Positions 21,881 through 32,463 of a DNA stretch of 64,000 bases are shown in pieces. Origin of the DNA: Azolla caroliniana. Lineage: Eukaryota > Plantae > Polypodiophyta. The stretch lies in assembly GCA_043228905.1 (NCBI GenBank), contig JBHGNT010000012.1, positions 10,726,001 to 10,790,000 of the forward strand, given 5' to 3'. Made by a program: the position numbers and the translations under genes. Each line of letters starts with the position of its first letter. Positions within the stretch are counted from its first letter, which is position 1. The notes beneath the pieces were generated by a model that ran no database searches, was not told the DNA's origin, and saw only the letters and a program-made list of their open reading frames with translations.

Positions 21881-22518
21881 TGTCATGAAGACATACATCT
21901 TGGCTTATCATGACATTCATCTTGGCGAACCAGGAATCGAACCCATAACCTCTTGGTTTACATATTGTACTTTAACCATTGTAATAACATATGTGAGATG
22001 TAATCATAATAATTATATGTTTAGTTATTACGAGATATTTAGAACATTCTAGATTATTCTAGAATGTTCTTGAATATTTCATGATTATATTTATTATTAT
22101 TATTATTCATAAATATAATCATGAAATATTCTAGAACATTCTAGAATACTCCATAAGGGCCTATAAATAAGAGTCCATACGCTCATCACAACTCATTCGG
22201 TTCAACACCAGTCTTTAGCCCTTAGCCTACTCCTTGTAATCTTCTTTCTCATAATATAATCGCATTCCCATTTCTTATCTCTCACTTATACTTTTTTCTC
22301 TCTCGCACTCTCTCCCTCTTTCACTCTCTTTTGCTATCACTATCGCTATCTCTACCGCTCTCGCCATCTCTATCGTTATCGTTATCTCTATCGCCATCGC
22401 TCTCTCTCTGCTTCCTACTCAAGAGTCACGACAGTTTGAACCGAATATTTCTTTTCCCTTTCTCCAATAACCCTAGCAAGCTTTCTTCTTTATCCTTCTT
22501 TCTTTTTCCCCCGCGGTT

Positions 22519-23646
22519 ATGGAGTCGGTCAGCAAGCAAGAGTATATGCGTGTCCTTTCGGAGCTCGATATGCTCACCACTAAGTTTGTGGCATTAGAGC
22601 AAGAAAATCAAAGGCTACTCGGGGATCTTCAACAAGTCAGTACTGAGAAAGCTCATCAATATGAGGAGTTATCACAACGGGTTCATCAACTTGAGGCTAC
22701 TATATTAACATTACGAGAACAAGCGGCGGGGGTTCAAAACTCCCCAAGGGAACCAAAGATTAGCCTCCCTGCCAAGTTTGATGGTACCAGATCTCTCTTT
22801 CGAGGTTTCCTGAATCAAGTTCGTTTGGTGATTCAGTTACATCCCAATCGGTATCCAACTAATGCTGCCCGTGTGGGATTAATAGGAACCTTGCTAAGCG
22901 GTACAGCGTTAGCATGGTTTGCACCACTTCTTGAGAAGAAATCACCATTACTGGAGGATTTCGAGGCATTCGTTAAGGAGTTTCAAGCTAGTTTTGGAGA
23001 TACGGATAGCACTAGGACTGCAATAAACAAGATTCGAAGACTCCGACAAGGAGATCGTCCCGCTTCAGCTTATGCCGCAGATTTCCGTCTCTTGGCATGC
23101 GACATCCCTTGGGATGAGGCAGCCTTAATGGATCAATTCCGTCAGGGTTTGCGTAACGATGTCAAAGATCTTCTTCTTACTTTCCATGAAGATCCAAAGT
23201 CTCTTACTGAAGCTATTAGCCGAGCTGTGCGATGTGATAATCGCCTATTTGAGCGACGTTCTGAACGTCAACAAATGTTACGCCGCCAACCGGAACAGAC
23301 ATACGCTTCTATAGTCGCCACACCGCCACAAGGTTCTAGACCCGTTACGAGGGATGGTCCCACTCCGATGGAAATAGAGTCGACACAACGTCGAGGGCCC
23401 TTATCAGATGCTGAGAAACAACGACGTCGGGCGCATCGCCTATGCCTCTACTGTGGTGGTCCAGGACATATAGCTGTGAATTGTCCACATAAACCCAGGC
23501 ATCAAGTTTACCAAGTAAGTGCACATGACAACCCTACATCAAGTTCTACTATCACTTCTAATAACTTAAGTACTAAGCCTAATAGCCCATGCCATGAGAA
23601 TAGATTTGATGTCTTGAGCCAATTAGAGGATGTGTTAAACGAATAA
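22519..23646 (+). CDS. Chromovirus Gag (F)
   Basis: PAKFDG, LRQG..YAADF, PMEI, CLYCGGPGHIAVNC. Confidence 0.93.
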   Translation: MESVSKQEYMRVLSELDMLTTKFVALEQENQRLLGDLQQVSTEKAHQYEELSQRVHQLEATILTLREQAAGVQNSPREPKISLPAKFDGTRSLFRGFLNQVRLVIQLHPNRYPTNAARVGLIGTLLSGTALAWFAPLLEKKSPLLEDFEAFVKEFQASFGDTDSTRTAINKIRRLRQGDRPASAYAADFRLLACDIPWDEAALMDQFRQGLRNDVKDLLLTFHEDPKSLTEAISRAVRCDNRLFERRSERQQMLRRQPEQTYASIVATPPQGSRPVTRDGPTPMEIESTQRRGPLSDAEKQRRRAHRLCLYCGGPGHIAVNCPHKPRHQVYQVSAHDNPTSSSTITSNNLSTKPNSPCHENRFDVLSQLEDVLNE

Positions 23647-23672
23647 GTCCGGCCAAAATAGGAGCCATTTGG

Positions 23673-26600
23673 TTGGACTATCCTAGTTATGTAGAGTCAG
23701 TACCTAGTTGTGGTTCCATTTCATCAAATCAAGTTAGTAGAGTTTTTTCTGCACAAGTCGAGCTTAGCACATCTACAGGTCATCGCGCCCTAGCCTCTGC
23801 CCTCCTAGATTCCGGAGCCAATTCTTGTTTCATGGATCGCGAGTTTGCATTGACTCAAAACATCATCTTGAAAAAACTCCCAAACCCAGTAGCTGTAGGA
23901 GTCATCGATGGTCGCCCTATAGCATCAGGAGATATAGTCGAAGAGTCTGAACCAATTCGTGTAGTCCTAGGTAATTTGGCTAGTGTCATCTCATTTAACA
24001 TCATTAGTAGTCCGGAGCACTCTCTAGTTCTTGGTCTTCCTTGGTTTGAGTTACATAACCCAACCATTGATTGGAGAAAAAGAACTATTGAAGAGGTCAC
24101 CGTACAATCCAAGTCTCTTGAAGCTCCAACTAAGGATCTAGGATCCCCCACAATTTCAACAATCTCTATACATCAATTACGAGAGGATGGAAGAAAGGAA
24201 GACATGATGGTATTTGCAGTTTTAGCAACTCCCTCATCTAGCTCACAAGAATTGGGGGTCCAACTACCAAAGAAGTACATAGAATTCTCCGATGTGTTCG
24301 ATAAGGTGAAGGCTAATAGACTACCAGAGCATCGACCATATGATTGCCCAATTGATTTGCAGCCAGGAAAAGAGCCTCCATGGGGACCAATTTATAATCT
24401 TTCGCCCACGGAGTTAGAGGTTCTTCAAGAATATATCAATGAGAACTTGGCAAATGGTTTTATCCAACATTCAAAATCTCCTGCTGGTGCACCCATCTTT
24501 TTCGTTAAGAAGAAAGATGGTACGCTTCGTATGGTCGTGGATTATCGAGGCTTGAATAAAGTGACCGTTAGAAACCGATATGCTCTCCCATTGATCTCAA
24601 GCCTTCTAGAACGCCTCAGTGAAGCAAAGTATTTCACGAAGTTAGATCTTCGAGGTGCCTACAACCTTGTTCGAATTCGTCCTGGGGATGAATGGAAGAC
24701 GGCGTTCCGCACTCGCTATGGTCATTTTGAGTACACAGTGATGCCTTTTGGCCTCACGAATGCACCAGCAGTCTTCCAACATATGGCGAATGATATTTTT
24801 CGAGACTTCCTCGATATCTTCATCATTGTTTACCTGGATGATATCTTGATCTACTCAAAAACTCAAGAAGAACATGATATACATGTTCGCCAAGTTTTGC
24901 AACGGCTACGAGAGTATGGTCTCTATGCAAAATTGGAGAAGTGTAGTTTCGACCAATGTCAAGTGGAGTTTTTGGGGTACATAGTCTCTTCAAATGGCAT
25001 CTCTATGGATCCATCAAAGGTTCAAACAATTTTGGATTGGCAAACACCACAGTCCGTGCGAGATGTGCAATGTTTTTTGGGGTTTGCAAACTTTTATCGC
25101 AAGTTCATCAAAGATTATTCAAAAATTGTGTTGCCCCTCACTCAACTGACGCACAAGAATCGATCATTTGTATGGAGTATAGATGCGAACTCTGCATTTG
25201 AGGGTTTAAAGCAAGCATTTACATCCGCACCAATCTTAATCCATGTCGATCAAATGAGGCGCTTTATACTTGAAGCTGATGCATCGGATTTCGCACTGGG
25301 AAGTGTACTATCCCAAATTGGTGATGATGGTGAACTGCACCCGGTGGCTTTTCACTCACGAAAATTTGAAGCCGCAGAAATCAACTATGAGATTCACGAC
25401 AAAGAGCTTCTTGCCATTGTGGATTCTTTTCAACAATGGCGTCATTTTCTGGAGGGTTCTTCTCAGCAGATTATTGTCTACAATGATCATAAAAATCTAA
25501 CATACTTTCAAAGTGCTCGAGTCTTGAATCGACGACAAGCTCGTTGGGCGCAGTTCTTAACTCGTTTCGATTTTGTAATTCTATATCGCCCTGGGATGCA
25601 ACAAGGAAAAGCAGATGCTTTATCTAGACGTTCGTATATGGAACTTCAACCTGGAGAGGCCGCATTTGAAAGCCAAAAGCAAATCCTCTTAGGTCCTGAT
25701 CGTCTACGAATAATGGCAATGCATACCATCAACACACCGGGAGATTCAAGGCTTCTTGATTCCATTCGTGAGCAGATTGCGACTGATGCGTTCGCCCAAG
25801 AGGTTTTGAGCCATATTATCCCAAATCGTGCATCTAGCTCCCAAACTCAAAATCCTCGTCTAGACTACACCCAGTTTAGTTGGCATGATGGGTTACTTTT
25901 TCGACAAACTCTCTTGTATGTGCCTGACGGTCCTTCTCGACTCAAAGTCATGCAACAATGTCATGACACACCAATGGCGGGACACTTCGGCATCCACAAG
26001 ACTTTTGAGTTGATTTCTCGCCGATATTGGTGGCCACGGCTTCGCCATTTTGTTACGGATTATGTTCGTAGCTGTGATACATGTTGCCGATCAAAAAAGC
26101 CTCGACATCATCCATATGGCTTATTACAGCCAATGCCTATTCCGGAGAGCCCATGGAAATCTATTTCCTTGGACTTTATTACGGATCTTCCACCTTCCAA
26201 GGGATTTGATTCGATTCTCACGGTTGTCGATCGTTTTACGAAGATGGCACATTTCCTTCCATGCACAAAGACCATTACTAGTCAAGAGACTGCTGATTTA
26301 CTCATGCGGGAGGTGTTTCGCCATCATGGTCTTCCGGATGATATTATCAGTGATCGGGGTCCCCAATTCATCTCGAAATTTTGGCGGCACATGTTCAAAC
26401 TCTTACATACTTCTTGTAAACTCTCTTCCGGCTACCATCCAGAGACTAATGGGCAGAGTGAGCGCACCAACCAAACAGTCGAGCAATATCTACGATGTTT
26501 TGTCAACTATCAACAAGATGATTGGGTGGATTCACTACCTTTGGCAGAATTTGCTTATAACAACTCCGAGCATTCTTCTACTGGATATTCCCCATTTTTT

Positions 26601-27278
26601 GCAAACATTGGGTACCATCCTCGTTGGACGATGCTTGAACATCCTGAACTCCCAAAAAACCCAGCTGCTGAAGATCGGCTCACTCGACTCCAAGAAGTTC
26701 AGGATATGCTTTTGCATCATTTATGTGAAGCCCAAAACACTCAAAAGAAGATTGCTGACCATCATCGGCGTGATTCATCGACTACATTTCAAGTAGGCGA
26801 TCGTGTATGGCTCTTACAAGGTAGCATTAAAACGACCCGACCTTGCTACAAATTGGATTATCAACGTTTTGGCCCATATGTCATAAGTGGTAAGATCAAT
26901 GATGTGACATTTCGTCTTGATCTTCCTCCTCATATGCGTCTTCACCCGGTCTTCCATGTTTCACTTTTGGAGCCCTACACAACGAGCTCTATTCCGGGTC
27001 GTGTTACACCTCCCCCTCCTCCAATTGACGTTTCCAATGGCTCTGAATATGAGGTTGCCGCTATCCTCGACTCCAAGATCATTCGCAACAAACTATACTA
27101 CTTGGTTGATTGGTTAGGCTATACACCTAATGATCGAACATGGGAGCCTGCCGAACATCTTGCCAATGCCTCCGACATGGTTGTTGCATTTCACAACCAA
27201 TATCCTCATAAACCAAGTCTGAACTCTTTTCTTCCGACTCGTGCAACTCGTCATCGAAAAGGGGGGATAATGTCATGA
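23673..27278 (+). CDS. Chromovirus Pol PR-RT-RH-INT-chromodomain (F), -1 frame relative to gag
   Basis: LLDSGA, VYLDDILI, EADASD, ISDRGPQF, GPY, YEVAAILDS..YLVDWLGY..TWEP. Confidence 0.95.
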   Translation: MDYPSYVESVPSCGSISSNQVSRVFSAQVELSTSTGHRALASALLDSGANSCFMDREFALTQNIILKKLPNPVAVGVIDGRPIASGDIVEESEPIRVVLGNLASVISFNIISSPEHSLVLGLPWFELHNPTIDWRKRTIEEVTVQSKSLEAPTKDLGSPTISTISIHQLREDGRKEDMMVFAVLATPSSSSQELGVQLPKKYIEFSDVFDKVKANRLPEHRPYDCPIDLQPGKEPPWGPIYNLSPTELEVLQEYINENLANGFIQHSKSPAGAPIFFVKKKDGTLRMVVDYRGLNKVTVRNRYALPLISSLLERLSEAKYFTKLDLRGAYNLVRIRPGDEWKTAFRTRYGHFEYTVMPFGLTNAPAVFQHMANDIFRDFLDIFIIVYLDDILIYSKTQEEHDIHVRQVLQRLREYGLYAKLEKCSFDQCQVEFLGYIVSSNGISMDPSKVQTILDWQTPQSVRDVQCFLGFANFYRKFIKDYSKIVLPLTQLTHKNRSFVWSIDANSAFEGLKQAFTSAPILIHVDQMRRFILEADASDFALGSVLSQIGDDGELHPVAFHSRKFEAAEINYEIHDKELLAIVDSFQQWRHFLEGSSQQIIVYNDHKNLTYFQSARVLNRRQARWAQFLTRFDFVILYRPGMQQGKADALSRRSYMELQPGEAAFESQKQILLGPDRLRIMAMHTINTPGDSRLLDSIREQIATDAFAQEVLSHIIPNRASSSQTQNPRLDYTQFSWHDGLLFRQTLLYVPDGPSRLKVMQQCHDTPMAGHFGIHKTFELISRRYWWPRLRHFVTDYVRSCDTCCRSKKPRHHPYGLLQPMPIPESPWKSISLDFITDLPPSKGFDSILTVVDRFTKMAHFLPCTKTITSQETADLLMREVFRHHGLPDDIISDRGPQFISKFWRHMFKLLHTSCKLSSGYHPETNGQSERTNQTVEQYLRCFVNYQQDDWVDSLPLAEFAYNNSEHSSTGYSPFFANIGYHPRWTMLEHPELPKNPAAEDRLTRLQEVQDMLLHHLCEAQNTQKKIADHHRRDSSTTFQVGDRVWLLQGSIKTTRPCYKLDYQRFGPYVISGKINDVTFRLDLPPHMRLHPVFHVSLLEPYTTSSIPGRVTPPPPPIDVSNGSEYEVAAILDSKIIRNKLYYLVDWLGYTPNDRTWEPAEHLANASDMVVAFHNQYPHKPSLNSFLPTRATRHRKGGIMS

Positions 27279-27597
27279 AGACATACATCTTGGCTTATCA
27301 TGACATTCATCTTGGTTCGAGGGCCTATAAATAAGAGTCCATACGCTCATCACAACTCATTCGGTTCAACACCAGTCTTTAGCCCTTAGCCTACTCCTTG
27401 TAATCTTCTTTCTCATAATATAATCGCATTCCCATTTCTTATCTCTCACTTATACTTTTTTCTCTCTCGCACTCTCTCCCTCTTTCACTCTCTTTTGCTA
27501 TCACTATCGCTATCTCTACCGCTCTCGCCATCTCTATCGTTATCGTTATCTCTATCGCCATCGCTCTCTCTCTGCTTCCTACTCAAGAGTCACGACA

Positions 27598-30225
27598 GCC
27601 GGTAAGCAGAACCGAACCTCCTTCCACTCAAGGCCACCGACGAGACGTAGCGCACCATTGGAGTTGGTGCACACTGACGTGTGTCAAGTAGAAACGAAGT
27701 CTGATGGCGGAGCCCAATACTTCGTGACATTCATTGATGACCACAGCCGGAAGCTGTGGACGGCACCGTTGAAGACAAAGGACCAAGTGTTGTGCGTCTT
27801 CAAAGAACTCCACACGAGAGTGGAAAGGGAATCCGGCAAGAAGCTGAAAGCGATACGAGCGGATAACGGAGGGGAATATCGGGGGCAGTTCGAGGAGTAC
27901 TGTCGCTCGAAGGGAATCCGGCTCGAGTTTACTGTGCCGAAGACGCCGAAACTGAACGGGCTGGCCGAGAGGATGAAGCGGACCATAATGGAGAGGGTCC
28001 GGAGTATGCTGGCGCATGGGAAATTACCCAAGAGGTTTTGGGCTGAGGCAATGTCGACGGCGACATACGTGATAAACAGATCACCCTCAGTACCTCTGGA
28101 CGGAGACACGCCGCAGAGAGTGTGGACCGGTAGGGAAGTATCCTACCGGCATCTGAAGGTGTTCGGGTGTCTTGCATATGTGCATGTGGCAAAGGACCGG
28201 AGAGGAAAGCTAGATCCAAAGACCCGGCCATGCATATTCCTCGGTTACGGCGATGACGAATTCGGCTACCGAGTATGGGACCCGGTCGACAAAAGGATAT
28301 TCCGGAGTCGTGATATCATCTTCATGGAGGACAAGACACTCGCCGACTGGGAGTCGGAGAAGAAGATGAAGAGCTCCAAGTCGACCGGTGAGGATCAACT
28401 CTACGAGGAGCAGTCCCGACCGGCAAGGGACCGGTTAGCACTCGAGGATCCGGCCGAAGACGGTGAAGAAACAGAACCGGCCGAGGAAGATGAAACTGAT
28501 ACCGGAACCGGCCCCGATCCCGAAATGGATTCGGAGGAAGAGGAAACGGAGGAGCCGGTTACCGAAGCTCCGGAACGGAGATATCCTCTAAGAGAGAGAA
28601 GGGCCCCCCGGAGATTTCCGGAACCAGAGCACGTGCTGCTAACCGACGAGGGGGAGCCGGAGAGTTTTGAAGAAGCAAAGCTTGACACCCATAGCCGCAG
28701 GTGGTTAAGTGCCATGCAGGAGGAGATGGATTCCCTGCATGAGAACCACACATATGAACTTGTGGAGTTGCCGAAAGGAAAGTGGGCACTTCGAAACAAG
28801 TGGGTGTTCAAGCTGAAACCGGGAGATGCCGGAAACCCCCCGAGATACAAAGCCAGGATCGTGGTGAAGGGGTTCCAGCAGAAGAAGGGCGTCGACTTCG
28901 ACGAGATATTTGCCCCGGTAGTGAAGACGACCTCCATCCGGACGGTGCTGAGCATAGCGGCAAGCATGGACCTCGAGGTAGAACAGATGGACGTGAAGAC
29001 GGCATTCCTTCACGGTGACCTCGAAGAAGAGATCTACATGCAGCAACCAGAAGGATTCGAGAAGAAAGGGAAGGAGCACCTGGTATGCCGGTTGAAGAAG
29101 AGCCTTTACGGACTGAAGCAGGCTCCCCGGCAATGGTACCGGAAGTTCGACTCTTTCATGACCGACGAAGGGTACCACAAAACGCAGTCCGATCACTGCG
29201 TGTTTGTGAAGAAGTTCGAAGGCGGAGACTTTCTAATACTCCTCCTATACGTGGACGACATGTTGATCGTCGGACGGGACCAGGTCAAGATACGGATGCT
29301 GAAGAAAGCGCTTCACCGAACCTTCTCAATGAAGGACCTGGGTCCGGCGAGGCAAATACTAGGGATGCACATCATCCGGGACCGGAAGAAGAAGCAGTTG
29401 TGGCTGTCACAGGAGAAGTACGTGACAAAGGTGCTTCACCGGTTCAACATGTCGGAAGCAAGACCGGTCGGGTCAACCCTCCCGGCAAACTGCAAGCTGT
29501 CCAGCAAACAAAGCCCCAAGACAAAGGCTGAGAAGGAGGACATGATGAAAGTACCATATGCCTCTGCCGTCGGAAGCTTGATGTACGCAATGGTGTGTAC
29601 AAGACCGGACATAGGATATGCAGTCGGAGTGGTGAGCCGGTACATGAGCAATCCCGGCAAAGAGCACTGGAACGCGGCCAAGTGGATACTCCGATACCTG
29701 AAGGGCACGGCAAACGTGTGCCTCCGATTCGGCTCCGGTAAGCCCGAACTCGACGGCTTTACCGATTCGGATATGTCGGCTGATGCAGATACCAGCCGGT
29801 CCACATCAGGGTATGTGATGACGTATGCAGGGGGAGCGGTTTCGTGGCAGTCGAGGCTGCAGAAGACGGTTGCGTTGTCAACCACGGAGGCGGAGTACAT
29901 GGCGGCTGTTGAAGCCGGCAAGGAAATAATATGGATGAAGGACTTCATTAGAGAGCTCGGTATCCGGCAGGAGGAGTACCGACTCTACTGCGACAGTCAG
30001 AGTGCCATCCACCTTGCGAAGAATGCGGCCTATCACTCCCGGACGAAGCACATCCAGCGAAGATATCACTGGATCCGGGAAAGGATAGAAGACCAGGAGT
30101 TCGTGCTGACGAAGATCCACACGGACGAGAACGGGTCAGATATGTTGACCAAAGTGCTCACACCCGACAAGCTGGAAGCGTGCCGGAAGAGGGTCGGACT
30201 GGAAAGACATCCCATGCCGAAGTGA
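27598..30225 (+). CDS. Element E integrase-RT-RNase H (open frame after the F insertion)
   Basis: VHTDVC, RADNGGEY, NGLAER, QMDVKTAFLHG, LYVDDML, STTEAEY. Confidence 0.92.
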   Translation, partial: AGKQNRTSFHSRPPTRRSAPLELVHTDVCQVETKSDGGAQYFVTFIDDHSRKLWTAPLKTKDQVLCVFKELHTRVERESGKKLKAIRADNGGEYRGQFEEYCRSKGIRLEFTVPKTPKLNGLAERMKRTIMERVRSMLAHGKLPKRFWAEAMSTATYVINRSPSVPLDGDTPQRVWTGREVSYRHLKVFGCLAYVHVAKDRRGKLDPKTRPCIFLGYGDDEFGYRVWDPVDKRIFRSRDIIFMEDKTLADWESEKKMKSSKSTGEDQLYEEQSRPARDRLALEDPAEDGEETEPAEEDETDTGTGPDPEMDSEEEETEEPVTEAPERRYPLRERRAPRRFPEPEHVLLTDEGEPESFEEAKLDTHSRRWLSAMQEEMDSLHENHTYELVELPKGKWALRNKWVFKLKPGDAGNPPRYKARIVVKGFQQKKGVDFDEIFAPVVKTTSIRTVLSIAASMDLEVEQMDVKTAFLHGDLEEEIYMQQPEGFEKKGKEHLVCRLKKSLYGLKQAPRQWYRKFDSFMTDEGYHKTQSDHCVFVKKFEGGDFLILLLYVDDMLIVGRDQVKIRMLKKALHRTFSMKDLGPARQILGMHIIRDRKKKQLWLSQEKYVTKVLHRFNMSEARPVGSTLPANCKLSSKQSPKTKAEKEDMMKVPYASAVGSLMYAMVCTRPDIGYAVGVVSRYMSNPGKEHWNAAKWILRYLKGTANVCLRFGSGKPELDGFTDSDMSADADTSRSTSGYVMTYAGGAVSWQSRLQKTVALSTTEAEYMAAVEAGKEIIWMKDFIRELGIRQEEYRLYCDSQSAIHLAKNAAYHSRTKHIQRRYHWIRERIEDQEFVLTKIHTDENGSDMLTKVLTPDKLEACRKRVGLERHPMPK

Positions 30226-31374
30226 AGGGGGAGTTTGTTGGGATTACGGTCCCTCCGGATGGGATGGTCAGATGTCCGGGAATCGGAAATGAAGACCCGA
30301 ATGAGGAGTACCCGGTATCGGAACCGGATGATGAAGACCCGGTTTCGGATCCGGATGATGAAGACCCCGGCTACGGAGCCGGATGACGAATGTATCCGGA
30401 GAGAGATCCGGATGCGGGGACATATTTGTGAATATGTTTGCCAAGGGCCCTCTAGGCTATATTTGTAAATAGCCCGAAAGTCATATGTGTATAAATATGA
30501 CTTAGGGCAAACAGTTTTGTTGTTGTTGCTCATTTTTCTGTTTTCCACTTAGAGAGAGCGAAGTGAGAGCAGCCGAGAGAGAGAGTGAGAGAGAGAGAAA
30601 GGAAGAGGTCGACGCCTCTGTGTAATACCGCCGCCTGTGCCGAGGACAGCGAGCTCAAGGTCGTCGCCTTGCAGCTCGCCATTGTACATTCCCTGCGTAT
30701 AGTGATAGTTGGAGTCTTGCACTCCCGTGGTTTTTCCCGTCTAGGGTTTTCCACGCTAAACCCTGTGCATTCGAGTCTCTCTCTGTGTTTTCGATTTACT
30801 GCTGCATTGACTCGTGTGTCCTCGGTTGTGGCCGAGAGGTGAAGGTTTTGAAAGCGTCGATTTCTAACAATATACAATACAGAGAAGATTACAAACACTC
30901 TGTCAAGTGTATCAGCCGCATAAGGCTCTTCGCATCTGCTGTTACACACATAGCTATGGCGCGACTCTCACTTCTCTCTCTCTCTCCCCAGTCATTCTAC
31001 TTCTACAGTTCTAACTCTATTCTTTTCTCTTCGTCACACACGGACAACATGTTTGCCCTAGTTGCATATATACTTTGTTGAGAATCAAGCTCAACTTGGT
31101 CTAATGTGTGACTCACCTTGAGAGTGAATAGACACTCCAATGGTCAAAAGTCACCACTATGTCACCACTTTGTATTCTAGCATTTAGTATGAGTCATAGA
31201 ATCATATTCTATGACACATAACTTATGAGCTTTCACATTCCCCATGCTCCATGAGTCTTGTAGTTAATGAAGAGAGAGGGTGACTATATAAAGCACCCTC
31301 CTCCCACTTTGTATAATGTTGAGTCTTTCTCCTTTGTCAATATACTTTTACCTTATGTATTCTCTGTGTTTCAC

Positions 31375-31431
<57 letters not shown>

Positions 31432-32103
31432 CACACACATAACTCACATCTCTTCCGCTTCACAAGAATCCATCTCTTGATTCTTTACATGGTATCAGAG
31501 CGATTTGGTAGCTCGATCTAGCCCATTCGCCTCATCGTGATCGTGTGTTGTGCTCCACGCCGACGACCAAGAACAGGCTCATCGCTATCGTAGCTTCGCT
31601 ACATAGCTCGCATTCGAAGAGAGAAGACGAAGAAGAAGAATCGACATAATGAATACTCAAATGGGGAGCGCTCTCCCTACCGAGAAATTGGATCGAAACA
31701 ACTTCGCATCTTGGGAGTACAAGATGCACCAATACCGTGTCGGACAAGGCTATTGGAGCTACATCAAAGGAGCGCATGAAGACCGACCCACCGAAGCGGC
31801 TCCCGGATACGCGACATGGGAGCAAGCCGCAAGCCGCGTGATGTATTGCTTGGCGACATGTGTTCACGACCACATGCTCGGTTACATTCGAGAAGCCAAG
31901 ATGCCAAAGGAAGCGTGGGAAAATCTACGAAAGATTTTCGCCGCCAACACGACCGCGAGGATTCTTCAACTCCGCCAAGAGTTGAACAACAGTCAATGAA
32001 AATTAGTCTCCTTCTTAATCTCTCCCTCTTTCTAATCTAGACTATTTAGCTTATGTTTATGTTTTACCTTGTTTCTAATTTTAATGTTAGTGATTAATCC
32101 CTC

Positions 32104-32158
<55 letters not shown>

Positions 32159-32272
32159 CCCTTCCTCTATCTCTTATTATGCCTCACTTACACCAAGTTT
32201 GTCAAATGATTTGGGTGTGCTCAAATTATTCTTGGTGTTTCTTTTCACTTTATCCCCTCTTGCACTTAATCG

Positions 32273-32380
32273 TAAACCCTTTTACCCTCTAAACCCTAAG
32301 CCCAAAACAAACACTAAACCCTAATTCTTAAACCCTAAACCAAAACCAAAACTCAAACCCTAATTCCTAAACCCTAAACC
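32273..32380 (+). repeat. Degenerate plant telomere-like (CCCTAAA) repeats in filler DNA
   Basis: Several AAACCCTAA(A) units interspersed with AAACC variants. Confidence 0.6.
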
Positions 32381-32463
32381 TTTTTTCTCTATAACTCTAC
32401 ATCTTACATATTGCACCCACCGATTGCCTACCGTCCGCACTCCTTGTTTCGACTTCACGGTCC

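Larger units (their letters stand above)
21881..27597 (+). mobile_element. Element F: Tcn1-like chromovirus, TSD GCCGG; 5' LTR 21881-22433, internally deleted 3' LTR 27271-27597
   Basis: TGTCA..GACA LTRs; GCCGG at 21876-80 and 27598-602; intact gag and pol. Confidence 0.95.
19765..30869 (+). mobile_element. Element E: Ty1/Copia retrotransposon, 634-bp LTRs (19765-20398, 30236-30869), TSD ATATA
   Basis: LTR pair TG..CA with few substitutions; Met-type PBS TGGTATCAAAGC; PPT AAGGGGGAG; interrupted by element F. Confidence 0.95.

Noticed and set aside
21923-21988. Functional tRNA gene
   Set aside because: The acceptor and anticodon stems do not pair convincingly; only A/B-box-like motifs remain. 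Reported as tRNA-like instead.
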